This document shows, piece by piece, positions 1 through 11,659 of a stretch of DNA of 64,000 nt. The notes below the pieces were generated by a model, which made no database searches, had not been told where the DNA came from, and saw only the letters and a program-made list of their open reading frames with translations. Origin of the DNA: Macrostomum lignano. Its lineage: Eukaryota. Position 1 is the stretch's first letter, and the number at the start of each line of letters is the position of its first letter. The stretch spans positions 62,001 through 126,000 of the forward strand of contig NIVC01001391.1 in the NCBI GenBank assembly GCA_002269645.1, given 5' to 3'. The translations under genes and the position numbers were made by a program.

Positions 1-1
1 C

Positions 2-133
2 GCCTTTGCCTACGCGGCCAAGGCTACGGCGCCGAGGAAGGGCGTCCCGCACCCGCCTCCGGCCGCGGCTGCTGCGCATAAAGTGGCCGCTGTGCCCGAC
101 TGGCCGCGGCCGGGTGGCCGGCAGCTCGGACAG
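2..133 (+). CDS. Pal: Peptidyl-alpha-hydroxyglycine alpha-amidating lyase (PAL domain of PAM family), first visible exon (5' partial)
   Basis: Frame 2 reads ...VAAVPDWPRPGGRQLGQ, then a GT donor at 134. It joins in phase 0 to ISGVA at 1001, giving the PAL-type WP...LGQ(V/I)SGV motif. Confidence 0.75.
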
Positions 134-190
134 GTGGGGGGCGCCTTCTGCTGCTGCTGGGGTGGTGTGGGGATGGGATGGACCAAGGCT

Positions 191-898
191 CAGGGGTTGG
201 AGTTGGGGTTCAGGGGTGGAGTTTAGAGTTCAAGAGATGGAATTTAGGGTTCAGGGGTGGAGTTTAGGGTCAGGGGTGGAGTTTATGGTTCAAGAGATGG
301 AATTTAGGGTTCAGGGGTGGAGTTTATGGTTCAAGAGATGGAATTTAGGGTTCAGGGGTGGAGTTTAGGGTTCAGGGGTAGAGTTTAGAGTTCAGGGGTG
401 GAGTTTAGGGTTCAGGGGTGGAGTTTATGGTTCAAGAGATGGAATTTAGGGTTCAGGGGTGGAGTTTAGGGTTCAGGGTGGAGTTTAGGTTCCAGGGGTG
501 GAGTTAAGGGTTCAGGGTGAAGTTTAGGATTCAGGGGTGAAGTTTAGGGTTCAGGGGTGGAGTTTAGGGTTCAGGGGTGAAGTTTAGGTTTCAGGGGTGG
601 AGTTTAGGGTTCAGGGGTGGAGTTTAGGGTTCAGGGGTGGAGTTTAGGGTTCAGGGGTGGAGTTTAGGGTTCAGGGGTGGAGTTTATGGTTCAGGGGTGG
701 AGTTTAGGGTTCAGGGGTGGAGTTTAGGGTTCAGGGGTGGAATTTAGGGTTCAGGGGTGGAGTTTAGGGTTCAGGGGTGGAGTTTAGGGTTCAGGGGTGG
801 AGTTTAGGGTTCAGGGGTGGAGTTTAGGGTTCAGGGGTGGAGTTTAGGTTTCAGGGGTGGATTTTAGGGTTCAGGGATGGAATTTAGGGTTCAGGTTT
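191..898. repeat. 20-bp minisatellite (GGGGTGGAGTTTAGGGTTCA)n filling PAL intron 1
   Basis: Directly visible tandem array with a TTTAGGG core. Confidence 0.95.
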
Positions 899-1000
899 CA
901 AGGGATGTGATGGAGTTTAGCCTGATCAAAAAGATCTCATTTATCGGTCACCGCTGACACCGACCGAACCCCCCCCTCCCCCCTGCTGCTCATCCGGCAG

Positions 1001-1266
1001 ATCAGCGGAGTTGCCGCAGGTCCAGACGGCCGAGTCTTCGTGTTCCACCGCGGCGCCAGGGTGTGGGGCCCAGGCGCCTTCGACCCGGACAACCGGCTGT
1101 CGACGCGCTACAGAGCGAGGGCGCCATCAACGAGGACACGGTGCTGGAGCTGGATGCCAGCGGCGGGGTGATCTCCGGCTGGGGCCGCGGAGTCTTCTTC
1201 ATGCCCCACAGCCTGAACATTGACGCCCAGGGCAACTTCTGGATCACTGATGTCGGATTGCATCAG
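1001..1266 (+). CDS. Pal: PAL exon 2 (NHL/beta-propeller repeats); contains an apparent 1-bp frameshift near 1110
   Basis: AG acceptor at 999-1000; ISGVAAGPDGRVFVFHRGARVW...; then, in another frame, EGAINEDTVLELD...GVFFMPHSLNIDAQGNFWITDVGLHQ; GT donor at 1267. Confidence 0.85.
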
Positions 1267-1281
1267 GTTGGGATCCCGGAT

Positions 1282-2198
1282 GGACTGTCACTCATTTCTG
1301 ATTGACTGTCACTCATTTCAGAATGGCTGTCACTCATTTCTGCTTGACTGTCACTCATTTCTGATTGACTGTCACTCATTTCTGATTGACTGTCACTCAT
1401 TTCTGCTTGACTGTCACTCATTTCTGATTGACTGTCACTCATTTCTGATTGACTGTCACTCATTTCTGATTGACTGTCACTCATTTCTGATTGACTGTCA
1501 CTCATTTCAGAATGGCTGTCACTAATTTCTGCTTGACTGTCACTCATTTCAGAATGGCTGTCACTCATTTCTGATTGACTGTCACTCATTTCAGAATGAC
1601 TGTCACTCATTTCTGATCGACTGTCACTCATTTCAGAATGACTGTCACTCATTTCTGATTGACTGTCACTCATTTCAGAATGACTGTCACTCATTTCTGA
1701 TTGACTGTCACTCATTTCAGAATGACTGTCACTCATTTCTGATTGACTGTCACTCATTTCAGAATGGCTGTCACTCATTTCAGAATGACTGTCACTCATT
1801 TCTGATTGACTGTCACTCATTTCAGAATGGCTGTCACTCATTTCTGCTTGACTGTCACTCATTTCAGAATGGCTGTCACTCATTTCTGATTGACTGTCAC
1901 TCATTTCTGATTGACTGTCACTCATTTCTGATTGACTGTCACTCATTTCAGAATGGCTGTCACTCATTTCTGCTTGACTGTCACTCATTTCAGAATGGCT
2001 GTCACTCATTTCAGAATGACTGTCACTCATTTCTGATTGACTGTCACTCATTTCAGAATGGCTGTCACTCATTTCTGCTTGACTGTCACTCATTTCAGAA
2101 TGGCTGTCACTCATTTCTGATTGACTGTCACTCATTTCTGATTGACTGTCACTCATTTCTGATTGACTGTCACTCATTTCTGATTGACTGTCACTCAT
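1282..2198. repeat. 21-bp minisatellite (GACTGTCACTCATTTCTGATT)n filling PAL intron 2
   Basis: About 44 visible tandem copies; source of the spurious SDSQSEM ORF. Confidence 0.95.
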
Positions 2199-2255
2199 TT
2201 AAACTACGTGGCACTCACGCCTGACAGTCGCGCATCACCCCGCCCGCCCCCGCAG

Positions 2256-2792
2256 GTGCTGAAGTTCTCGCCGGACCACAAGCCCCTGCTGACTGTGGGC
2301 GTCCGCTTGACACCCGCCGACGGCAAGCGCGGCTTCTGCCAGCCGGCCGACGCGGTGACCAGCGCCGCAGGCGACGTGTTTGTGGCCGACGGCTACTGCA
2401 ACCACCGGGTGGTGATGCTCGGCCCGGACGGCTCCTTCAAGCGCGAGTTTCAAAGTGCCGACGGGGTGCTGGTGGTGCCGCACAGCCTGGCGCTGATCGA
2501 GGCCGACCGCCTGGTCTGCGTGGCGGACCGCGAGCGGGCCCGGGTGGAGTGCTGGAACTGGGAGACCGGCCGTTCCGAGCGTCGTTTCCCCTTTAAGGAG
2601 TTCGGCGACTCCGTGTACGCGGTGGCCTATTCGCCTGAGGCCCGCCAGATGTACGCCGTCAGCGGCAGCGGCCACGGCCTCACGGTGGACCCCACCAGCG
2701 GGGCGGTGCGGCAGGCCTGGGGCAGCTTCACCCGGCCGCATGCGATGGCCGTGGCTGCCGGCGGGGCGGCTCTGCTGGTGGCCGAGATTCAG
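2256..2792 (+). CDS. Pal: PAL exon 3
   Basis: CGCAG acceptor at 2255; VLKF...FCQPADAV...VFVADGYCNHRV...VPHSLAL...VCVADRE...LLVAEIQ (PAL motifs FCxP, VADGYCN, PHSL, VADRE); donor at 2793. Confidence 0.9.
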
Positions 2793-2819
2793 GTGGGACC
2801 GGGTTCTTCGGGGCAGAGT

Positions 2820-3490
2820 GGGGTGGGGTAGATTGGGTGGGGTAGATTGAGTGGGTAGATTGGGTGGGGTAGATTGAGTGGGTAGATTGGGTGGGTAGAT
2901 TGGGTGGGGTAGATTGAGTGGGTAGATTGGGTGCGTAGATTGGGTGGGTAGATTAGGTGGGTAGATTGGGTGGGTAGATTGGGTGGGTAGATTGGGTGGG
3001 TAGATTGAGTGGGTAGATTGGGTGGGGTAGATTGGGTGGGTAGATTAGGTGGGTAGATTGGGTGGGTAGATTGGGTGGGTAGATTGGGTGGGTAGATTGG
3101 GTGGGGTAGATTGAGTGGGTAGATTGGGTGGGTAGATTGGGTGGGTAGATTGGGTGGGGTAGATTGGGTGGGGTAGATTGAGTGAGTAGATTGGGTGGGG
3201 TAGATTGGGTGGGATAGATTGGGGTGAGGTAGATTGGGGTGGGGCAGATTGGGTGGGTAGATTGGGGTGAGGTAGATTGGGGTGGGGCAGATTGGGTGGG
3301 TAGATTGGGGTGAGGTAGATTGGGGTCGGGCAGATTAGGTGGGTAGATTGGGGTGAGGCAGATTGGGTGGGTAGATTGGGTGGGTAGATTGGGGTGGGGC
3401 AGATTGGGTGGGCAGATTGGGTGGGTAGATTGGAGTGAGGTAGATTGGGGTGGGGCAGATTGGGTGGGTAGATTGGGTGGGGCAGATTAA
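2820..3490. repeat. G-rich 14-15-bp minisatellite (GGGTAGATTGGGTG[G])n in PAL intron 3
   Basis: Directly visible tandem array. Confidence 0.95.
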
Positions 3491-3612
3491 AGTGCGGTAA
3501 ATTAGGGTAGACTAGACAGTGCATAGAGTGAAGCGATAGTGGGCAGTGTAGAGTAGGTCGAATTCGGCAGACAGCTGCAAGGGTAGCTGAAGCTCTACCG
3601 CCTTCGCCGCAG

Positions 3613-4020
3613 GTGCCCGGCCGGCTGTGGAAATTCTCCGTGTCCGGCCTGACCGCCCAGTCGAATTCGCCCGACCACTTTGCCGGCCAGCGGACGGTGC
3701 ACGAGCGGGCGCTGGTGCTGGTGCGGGACTCGCAGGCCTCGCTGCTCATCGGCCTGCTGCTGCTGCTGCCGCTGCTCGTCGTGGTGCTCGCCGTCGCCCT
3801 GTTGAAGCTTCGCCGCAGGGACAGCGGCCGCATCGGAGCCGGCCGGAAATCCCTTCTGGGCGGCGGCCCCGGTGGCATCCGCGACCGGGAGGGCTTTCAG
3901 CCGCTGACGCAGGAGGACAGCGACGAGGAGGCGGAGACCGGTCCGGGGGCCGGCGGCCTTGGCGACGCCGTGGGCGGCCCGCCTCCGCTGGGCGACCCGA
4001 GCAGCAAAGTGAAGGCCTGA
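3613..4020 (+). CDS. Pal: PAL last exon: transmembrane helix and cytoplasmic tail
   Basis: Acceptor at 3612, phase 0; hydrophobic LLIGLLLLLPLLVVVLAVALL followed by KLRRR; tail GFQPLTQEDSDEE resembles the PAM cytosolic acidic cluster; TGA at 4018-4020. Confidence 0.8.
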   Translation: MPGRLWKFSVSGLTAQSNSPDHFAGQRTVHERALVLVRDSQASLLIGLLLLLPLLVVVLAVALLKLRRRDSGRIGAGRKSLLGGGPGGIRDREGFQPLTQEDSDEEAETGPGAGGLGDAVGGPPPLGDPSSKVKA

Positions 4021-4035
4021 GAAACTGGCTGATTA

Positions 4036-4172
4036 CGGCGGCCCGCCAGAGGACCTTGAAGGGGATTGCGGCGGCCCGTCAGAGGACCTTAATGGGGATT
4101 GCGGCGGCCCGCCAGCAGAGGACCTTAATGGGGATTGCGGCGGCCCGCCAGAGGACCTTGAAGGGGATTGCC
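4036..4172. repeat. About 33-bp tandem repeat (about 4 copies) just after the PAL stop codon
   Basis: GCGGCGGCCCGCCAGAGGACCTTGAAGGGGATT units visible. Confidence 0.85.
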
Positions 4173-4954
4173 GCAACCCACAGATGGAGCCGCCCCATTC
4201 GTTCTTTACTCATTACTTGAATACATTTGAGCCGCACTGCGTGTCGTGTCAGTCAGCCGCTAACCCGGATCTCATTCAAATTGTCTTATATTTCTGGAAA
4301 CATTTATGTTCTCTTACCGTGTTCTCCGCACCGTGTTTCGTTTTTAGTTACAGAAAATTTGTTTCTTGCTTTCTACTCAATTGTTATTTCTTCGTGTCTT
4401 TTATTTTCTTTGTCAAAAAATTAAGATTTGTAGATGTTTTGAATTTTGTTTATTTATTAGTTGACCCCGCGATATCCACAGCAGCTACGCGGAGAACCTT
4501 GAGGATTTGTGTGCACAACTTTGTGACAGCTTTCCGAGCATTGTTTAGAACAAATATAACTACAATTTTCTGCATTATCCGCATCTTTACAGCACACACA
4601 CCATCCAGCAGCTTATCTTCATTCATTGCTTTTCCCATATTTTAAGGAAATTTGCTATGTTATTGATTTTGATTCCGTCTGGCCGGCTGTTGTGATTGGC
4701 TGACTGGTTTTTGCTTTACAGTCCATATTGATATAAGTGTATAGCAGTAAGCTCTCCTGTGACATTCAGAGTGGCTAATTTATAAATATATATTCTTGAT
4801 ATTGTGGATTTGGTGTCTTATTAATACATCGACTGGGCTAGGCCTGCCCTGCATCATCTCAATCATTTGGGCGAGTGATTCTCGCTGCAATTTTATTGTT
4901 TTGACCTTCTACTTTAGTTATACTGTTCACCTGCATCCCAACCGATGAAGATCG

Positions 4955-5735
4955 CAGCTTCAGAACAGCAATTGCACTTTTAGACACAGAGTTGACAGCT
5001 TCAAGATAAAATTACAGCTTTAGGACAAGGATTACAGCTTTAGGATAGAGATTACAGCTTCAGAATAGAGATGACAGCTTCAGGACAGAGATGACAGCTT
5101 CAGAACAGAGATTACAGCTTCAGGACAGAGATTACAGCTTCAGGACAGAGATGACAGCTTCAGGACAGAGATTACAGCTTAAGAACAGAGATTACAGCTT
5201 CAGGACAGAGATTACAGCTTCAGGACAGAGATTACAGCTTAAGAACAGAGATTACAGCTTCAGGACAGAGATTACAGCTTCAGGACAGAGATTACAGCTT
5301 AAGAACAGAGATTACAGCTTCAGGACAGAGATTACAGCTTCAGGACAGAGATTACAGCTTAAGAACAGAGATTACAGCTTCAGGACAGAGATTACAGCTT
5401 CAGGACAGAGATTACAGCTTTAGGACAAGGATTACAGCTTCAGGACAGAGATTACAGCTTCAGGACAGAGATTACAGCTTCAGGACAGAGATTAGGATTA
5501 CAGCTTCAGGACAAGAGTTAAATGTTCAGGATCGGACAATAATTTGCATCTTCAGGACAAGGATTATAGTTTCAGGACAATAAGTGCAGCTTCAGAACAG
5601 AGATTACAGCTTCAGGACAAGAGTTACAGCTTCAGAACAGAGATTACAGCTTCAGGACAAGAGTTACAGCTTCAGAACAGCAATTGCACTTTTAGGACAA
5701 AGTGGCAGCTTCAAGGAGGGAGTACAGCTTCAGAA
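4955..5735. repeat. 20-bp minisatellite (CAGGACAGAGATTACAGCTT)n
   Basis: Directly visible, with degenerate edges. Confidence 0.9.
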
Positions 5736-5899
5736 AAATGGTTGCTTTATTCTGCTACTATGAGTAGCAAAAGCGGGTAACTAGCTCGTATATCTCAGTT
5801 TCATCTATCAGTTCAGCAGCTTCACAACTCCGAGAAATGACAGCTTATTGAGTGCACACTTCATAGTGCAAACGCATCCGGTTACAAAAGCGCGCCACC

Positions 5900-6658
5900 T
5901 CAGAACACGGACTGGCACTCGCAGACGAATCGACGGTTCCGATGGCAGTGTGTATCGTCCTGCCCACCGGACGAAAAGCCGCTGTAGAGGCTGGCGCAGG
6001 CAGACGGTGCGTCCGTATTCGGCTCCCCGGAGTGCCAGACGGTCGGGTCAACGGGCAGCTGGCAAGCCGTCCAGAACCAGTTCGATTTGTTTCTGGGCTG
6101 CTCAGCGCGCCCTCCGATGAAGAAGCTGCTGGAGCTGGCGATTCGGTGCTGCAGCAGCTGCAGGTACTCGGCTTCGTCTCGGTCGATTGCGTCAGCGAAC
6201 TTGGACAGTCCGGGATCCGAGCTGCAGCTCTGGCTGGCAGCGCTCCAGGTGGCAGCACCCGCGGTGACCAGCTTGTAGGAAGTGCCGTACCTGGCATGCC
6301 GGTATCCGGGCGGGCACAGGTGGCCCGGAGGCACGCCAGGCAGAGACCTCACATACACAGTCACCTGGTTGGTGCAGTTCGGCACCGACTGCACGCGGTG
6401 GCTGCACTTGTCGAACTCGAACAGCCTGCACTGGCAGGCACCGCTGCTCCTCACCGTGAAGGCCTGGCAGCTTCGCTTGTTGGCGCAGGCGTGGCTGCAC
6501 TCGAGCGGTGAGCATAGACCGGACAGTGTCCGAGTGAATTCGGAGCTCACGCAGTCCAGCCCAGTGGTTGGGTGGAAGGCGGCTCTGGGGGAGCTGCAGG
6601 ACTCGGACAGCAGCTGCGGAGGCGCCGCCCACAGCAGCAGCAGGGCGTGCAGCAGCAT
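5900..6658 (-). CDS. Secreted PAN/apple-like + C-type lectin domain protein (intronless, about 252 aa)
   Basis: ATG at 6658 starts the signal peptide MLLHALLLLWAA. ECSHACANKRSCQAF...C is PAN-like. TWSAASQSC...FFIGG...WHSGEPN...C...DTHC...FVCE is a CTLD with an EPN motif. Confidence 0.8.
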   Translation of the reverse strand: MLLHALLLLWAAPPQLLSESCSSPRAAFHPTTGLDCVSSEFTRTLSGLCSPLECSHACANKRSCQAFTVRSSGACQCRLFEFDKCSHRVQSVPNCTNQVTVYVRSLPGVPPGHLCPPGYRHARYGTSYKLVTAGAATWSAASQSCSSDPGLSKFADAIDRDEAEYLQLLQHRIASSSSFFIGGRAEQPRNKSNWFWTACQLPVDPTVWHSGEPNTDAPSACASLYSGFSSGGQDDTHCHRNRRFVCECQSVF

Positions 6659-8229
6659 TCTGGCAGCTTTGGCTTGAGACCAGTTGGGACCCGCAAAATT
6701 CAGTGCCAAGCTCCCCCGAGTCCAATGCGGAGCAAAGCAGCGCGCAGCTCTGGCTTAAACAGATTCGCAGCTATTTATTCTGAGCTACTGAGCTGCAGCT
6801 CGGGATGCTGACGTGCTGACGAGAGTGAGACAGCAGAGGCCTTTCTCACTGCTCCGGCGGCATCAGGTATCCGGCCCAGACTGCAACCGTTTGCAAGCAG
6901 CTTTGCAAACAAGTCGTGTACGAGCCCGTTAAGCCGTGGGCTTAACGCCTCATGTCCTCTGTTCCGCATGGAGTTTCGTTGCAGTCAAATCGAGTTTTCA
7001 TGGCCTGCTGAGCAAATTGCCAACTGCAAAAAGTATTTTGAATCACGTGGACCAACGCGAACCCCTACTGTTCCTTTGCTTTCATCTTTGCTGAATTGGC
7101 TAATTTTGCTACGAAAATAACTTTTCTGCGTTAAAAGAATATTATTTTCTGGCGTGAGTGACACTCGATACCGCAGTGACAAAGCTGTCAGAAATTGAAG
7201 AATCGCTCGAGGCGGAATTCAAGACGCGCAGCAACCGGCTTTGGACTCTGATTTGCCGCCTCTTGGATGCAAGCAAACAAAGCTTGGCATGGCAAATATG
7301 TGAAACCCAAAATTTCTGTTGTTTGGTTGCATGAGGCTACCTGCACCCCAACCTGCTTAGCAACGCGATGTAAAGTATTATACTCAGCAACAGCCGGCCC
7401 CAAACTCACCCCGGCACAAAATTTAAGCAATGTGTGCCTTTAATGCCAGTTTCAGTATCGTGTCTCCTGGCATCCTGATCACCAGCCGTGTGGCAGCATG
7501 AGTGGGGGGTCATCTGTTACCAAGTACAGTTCTTCCGCATGCCTCAAAGCCGTCAAACTTGTTCTCGGCTGACTGAGGACTCCGCCCAAGTTCAGTGCTG
7601 AAACTCCAGTCAAAGCCAGTAGACCAAAAACATAAAGAAAATTTGATGAAGGGAATCCACTATCAAACTGTCAAAGTGAAGTGAGTGAGTGCGAGTGGGG
7701 CTGCCATTTTGGCTCCCATATATCCGCACTTTCACCCAGATAAATAGCATTTTGTTAGTGATGCAGCCCAGTCCAATAATGGCGCGTGGCACAGGTGCCA
7801 TAGATAATAGCCGTCGAAAGGCAGTCACGTGATCAAATTTGTACATTGGGGTGAATGTACATTTGGGGAGCAACTGTGGAATAGTGACCAAAGCTAATTG
7901 CCATTGTACAGACAGCTGTATAAAAATTAAAAAGTTGTGTAGAAAGTCGCAGAGCTGTGGTGTCGTCGGCGACTACAGCTGGCAGACCGCATCATCTGCG
8001 CTGAGCCGGCACTGCCAGCAGCCAGTGCAGGCGGTGCTGCCGCTGATGTGGAAGGCGCCCTACCGACAGGGACAGGCGCGCCCTCCGTTTCGTCGACTGC
8101 CACGGATTCGGTCAGCGGTGTGGCCTTCGTTATCGACCTGGCCCAGAGGCGCGCCCTGTGACGCTGCATGGTTTCTAAAGACCCTGACAGCGTATTTTTT
8201 TAACGACACGAAACTAGTAATGTTACTAT

Positions 8230-8775
8230 GAGTCAGCTGTCACTGAGTCTGCCTTGACTGTGAGTCAGCTGTCACTGAGTCTGTCTTGACTGTGAGTCAG
8301 CTGTCACTGAGTCTGCCTTGACTGTGAGTCAGCTGTCACTGTGAGTCTGCCTTGACTGTGAGTTTGCCTTGACTGTGAGTCAGCTGTCACTGAGTCTGCC
8401 TTGACTGTGAGTCAGCTGTCACTGTGAGTCTGCCTTGACTGTGAGTTTGCCTTGACTGTGAGTCAGCTGTCACTGAGTCTGCCTTGACTGTGAGTCAGCT
8501 GTCACTGAGTCTGCCTTGACTGTGAGTCAGCTGTCACTGAGTCTGCCTTGACTGTGAGTCAGCTGTCACTGTGAGTCTGCCTTGACTGTGAGTTTGCCTT
8601 GACTGTGAGTCAGCTGTCACTGAGTCTGCCTTGACTGTGAGTCAGCTGTCACTGAGTCTGCCTTGACTGTGAGTCAGCTGTCACTGAGTCTGCCTTGACT
8701 GTGAGTCTGTCTTGACTGTGAGTCTGCCTTGACTGTGAGTCAGCTGTCACTGTGAGTCAGCTGTCACTGTCAGTC
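8230..8775 (+). repeat. Satellite built from GAGTCAGCTGTCACT / GAGTCTGCCTTGACTGT subunits
   Basis: Directly visible; related in reverse orientation to the arrays at 11660-12545. Confidence 0.9.
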
Positions 8776-9967
8776 AGCTGCCGCAGAGCCGCTGTCAAGC
8801 GGAGTCGTATAAGGCCCCACAGGTCAGTGAAACCGGTCCAGTCCATCATCTGAGAGTAACGCCAGTCTGCTGACAAGAATGACAAGTTGATTTCTGCGTA
8901 AAATCAGCTTTTCTTATTGCCATTTTTCAACTGATCATTGTTCAATTGTTGAACATCAAGCGAAACAGGAGGCTTGAAGGGTTCAATCCAAATAAATATT
9001 GAAACTCTATAAATACTACTTGAAGTATTAAGAGCCGCGAATATGCGCTGCTCACAAAAGCACTCACTGACTCCTTCTCAGCCCCGCAGTCAGTAAGCAG
9101 GCGAACCCAGTCAGCCCCCCCAGTGCTGCCTTTCACTTCTGCATTTATCGAGGCGATCCCGTTTCCATGGAGATTTTCTATAGGCCTCGGATTCGGCTGA
9201 GCGGGCTTACGCGTGAAACTGCTCAAGCAGCCCGTGTCATTGCCTCATCGACTGGTGAGTAGGTGGGTTTAAAAATGACTGACTGAATGAGATGCGAGAA
9301 ACAATGACTGCTGGTGCGGGGCCGGTGTTACACTTTAGACTATCCGGGTTTTTTTGTCTGGCCCGGATATCCGAACGCACTTACAATATCCGCCCGGATA
9401 CTGCCAAGCAAAAACCTGCTTTGTTTTCTCCTTCCCGGATATCTTGAGCTGCTTTGCATTGTCCGGGCACTTTGATTGTCTCTCCCGGACATCCTACGGC
9501 ACTGACTCTGCTATCCGGCCCGGAGATCACAAGAAGGGGAAGTTGTCTTGGGATATCCGACTATGGTTTGAAAGAGAGGGGTCAGCCTGCGTAGACAGAG
9601 GTTTGCTTTAGGACATCCGGCTACTGATATCCGGGGTTAGGAATAGCAAAATTTCGAAATCAATTTTCACAAAGTAGAAAAAACTTTTTGCTACTTTTTT
9701 AATTGGCAAACATCTGCGTCATTCTTCTTTAACCGAGTATATTTTCAATCACTATCTTGCATTTCACACACTCCAAACAGAAGTAAAATTAAAGCTATTG
9801 ATACTATACATTGTCAGCCGAAAAACGGTTACTTGATTCACCAATCTACATGTAATTCGATCAATCAAAAACAGGCCATCCGCTGAATGAAGCGTGAAGT
9901 TTTTGCTCTTTTCTCTGATTTTTCTTTTTACGAGCGTAGATTATCTGTGAATAATCTCTCTTTCAAC

Positions 9968-9970
<3 letters not shown>

Positions 9971-10001
<31 letters not shown>
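9971..10001. repeat. (CT)n microsatellite
   Basis: Directly visible. Confidence 0.95.
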
Positions 10002-10004
<3 letters not shown>

Positions 10005-10618
10005 ATACAACATCTCTCTATCAACATACTCGTCGTTCAAAAAAAAACACTTGGTTCAGCGATACTTTATCCACCGAGAGATAAATTTTCCTAAACGTAG
10101 AACTTTGACAAGAAATAAACTCTATATGTCTTAAAAGTTACGTGTAATATTCTCGTAATTTGCGCAACACTTTCCTTTGTGGGCTATTAGCTCGTACACT
10201 GATCTTCATTGCACGTACGCTTGTAATGCTAGCAATGTGACGCCAGTCCATTATCGATTTATTCTTAGACTGCATCTCATCTGCCCCTGTCTAAGGTGCA
10301 GTCAGGGCCCCTTCCCTGGCCTCTGAGTCAGCCCCATTCTCTCGAAATGATGTCCTGCCCCATTCACATGCGCTTTATCAGGTAAATAACTTGACCACCT
10401 TGCCACCCAAATCTTTATTCACCTGGACAGTTTAAAACCCAGGATATTTCAAAGCCCGATTTTGTTGTGCCTTGGATTATCCAGGGTAGGTTATCGCAAA
10501 GCGACAATAATTTTGCTTTGCGATGTCCCCGGATAAATTAAGACCCCGGAGAACAGAAAGCCTAACACCGGGAGTTTTTTACTGGGAACGCAGCATCTCA
10601 GCAGGGTGAACTGAAGGG

Positions 10619-10860
10619 GCATTCAAGGCAGCACCTCTGAGCTGCAGTTCACCCTGCTGAGATGCATTCAAGGCAGCACCTCTGAGCTGCAGTTCACCCT
10701 GCTGAGATGCATTCAAGGCAGCACCTCTGAGCTGCAGTTCACCCTGCTGAGATGCATTCAAGGCAGCACCTCTGAACTGCAGTTCACCCTGCTGAGATGC
10801 ATTCAAGGCAGCACCTCTGAACTGCAGTTCACCCTGCTGAGATGCATTCAAGGCAGCAGC
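10619..10860. repeat. 45-bp tandem repeat (about 5 copies)
   Basis: GCATTCAAGGCAGCACCTCTGAGCTGCAGTTCACCCTGCTGAGAT units. Confidence 0.95.
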
Positions 10861-11659
10861 CTGAGCTGTAGTGCTGAGATGCTGCGTTCCCAGTAAAAAA
10901 GGCCCGGCCCCGCACCAGCAGTCATTGTTTCTCGCATTCATTCAGTCAGTCATTTTTAAACCCACCTACTCACCAGTCGATGAGGCAATGACACGGGCTG
11001 CTTGAGCAGTTTCACGCCTAAGCCCGCTCAGCCGAATCCGAGGCCTATAGAAAATCTCCATGGAAACGGGACTGCCGGGATGAATGCAGCACTGTGTGCT
11101 GACTGAGTTCGCCTGCTTACTGACTGCGGGAATGAGGAGTCAAGTGAGTAGGTTTTTTAGCGCGTATTGGCGGCTCTTAATAATACTTCAAGTAGTATTG
11201 ATGGAGTTTAACATGTGTTTCGATGGATTATTTTAAGCTCCCTGTTACGCCTGATTTTCAACAACTTCCATCAGTTGAAAAATGGCGCCAAGAAAGACTG
11301 ATTTAACGCTAAGTCTCGTAAGCAGACCGGTGCTACACTTTAGACTATCCGGGTTTTTTTGTCTGGTCCGGATATCTGAATGCACTTACGATATCCGCCC
11401 GGATACTGCCAAGCAAAACCTGCTCTGTTTTCCTCTTCCCGGATATCTTGAGCTACTTTGCAATGTCCGGGCACTTTGAGGTGTCTCTTCCGGACATCTT
11501 ACGGCACTGACTCTGTTATCCGGCATGGAGATCACAGGAAATGGAAGCTGTCTTGTGACATCTGACTGTAGGTTGAAAGAGAGTTGTTGGACTGGACCGG
11601 TTTCACTGACCAGTGAGGCCTTGCGACTCCGGCTTGACAGCGGGTCTGCGGCAGCTGAT

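Noticed and set aside
1263-2198. 311-aa SDSQSEM-repeat ORF and its + strand counterpart
   Set aside because: Translation of an intronic 21-bp minisatellite.
3045-3878. 277-aa Pro-rich ORF
   Set aside because: Antisense read-through of the intron-3 minisatellite and PAL exon 4.
5091-5423. Repetitive ORFs (also 10579-10941, 11386-12452, 15699-16475, 62116-62457)
   Set aside because: All are tandem-repeat translations with no domain content.
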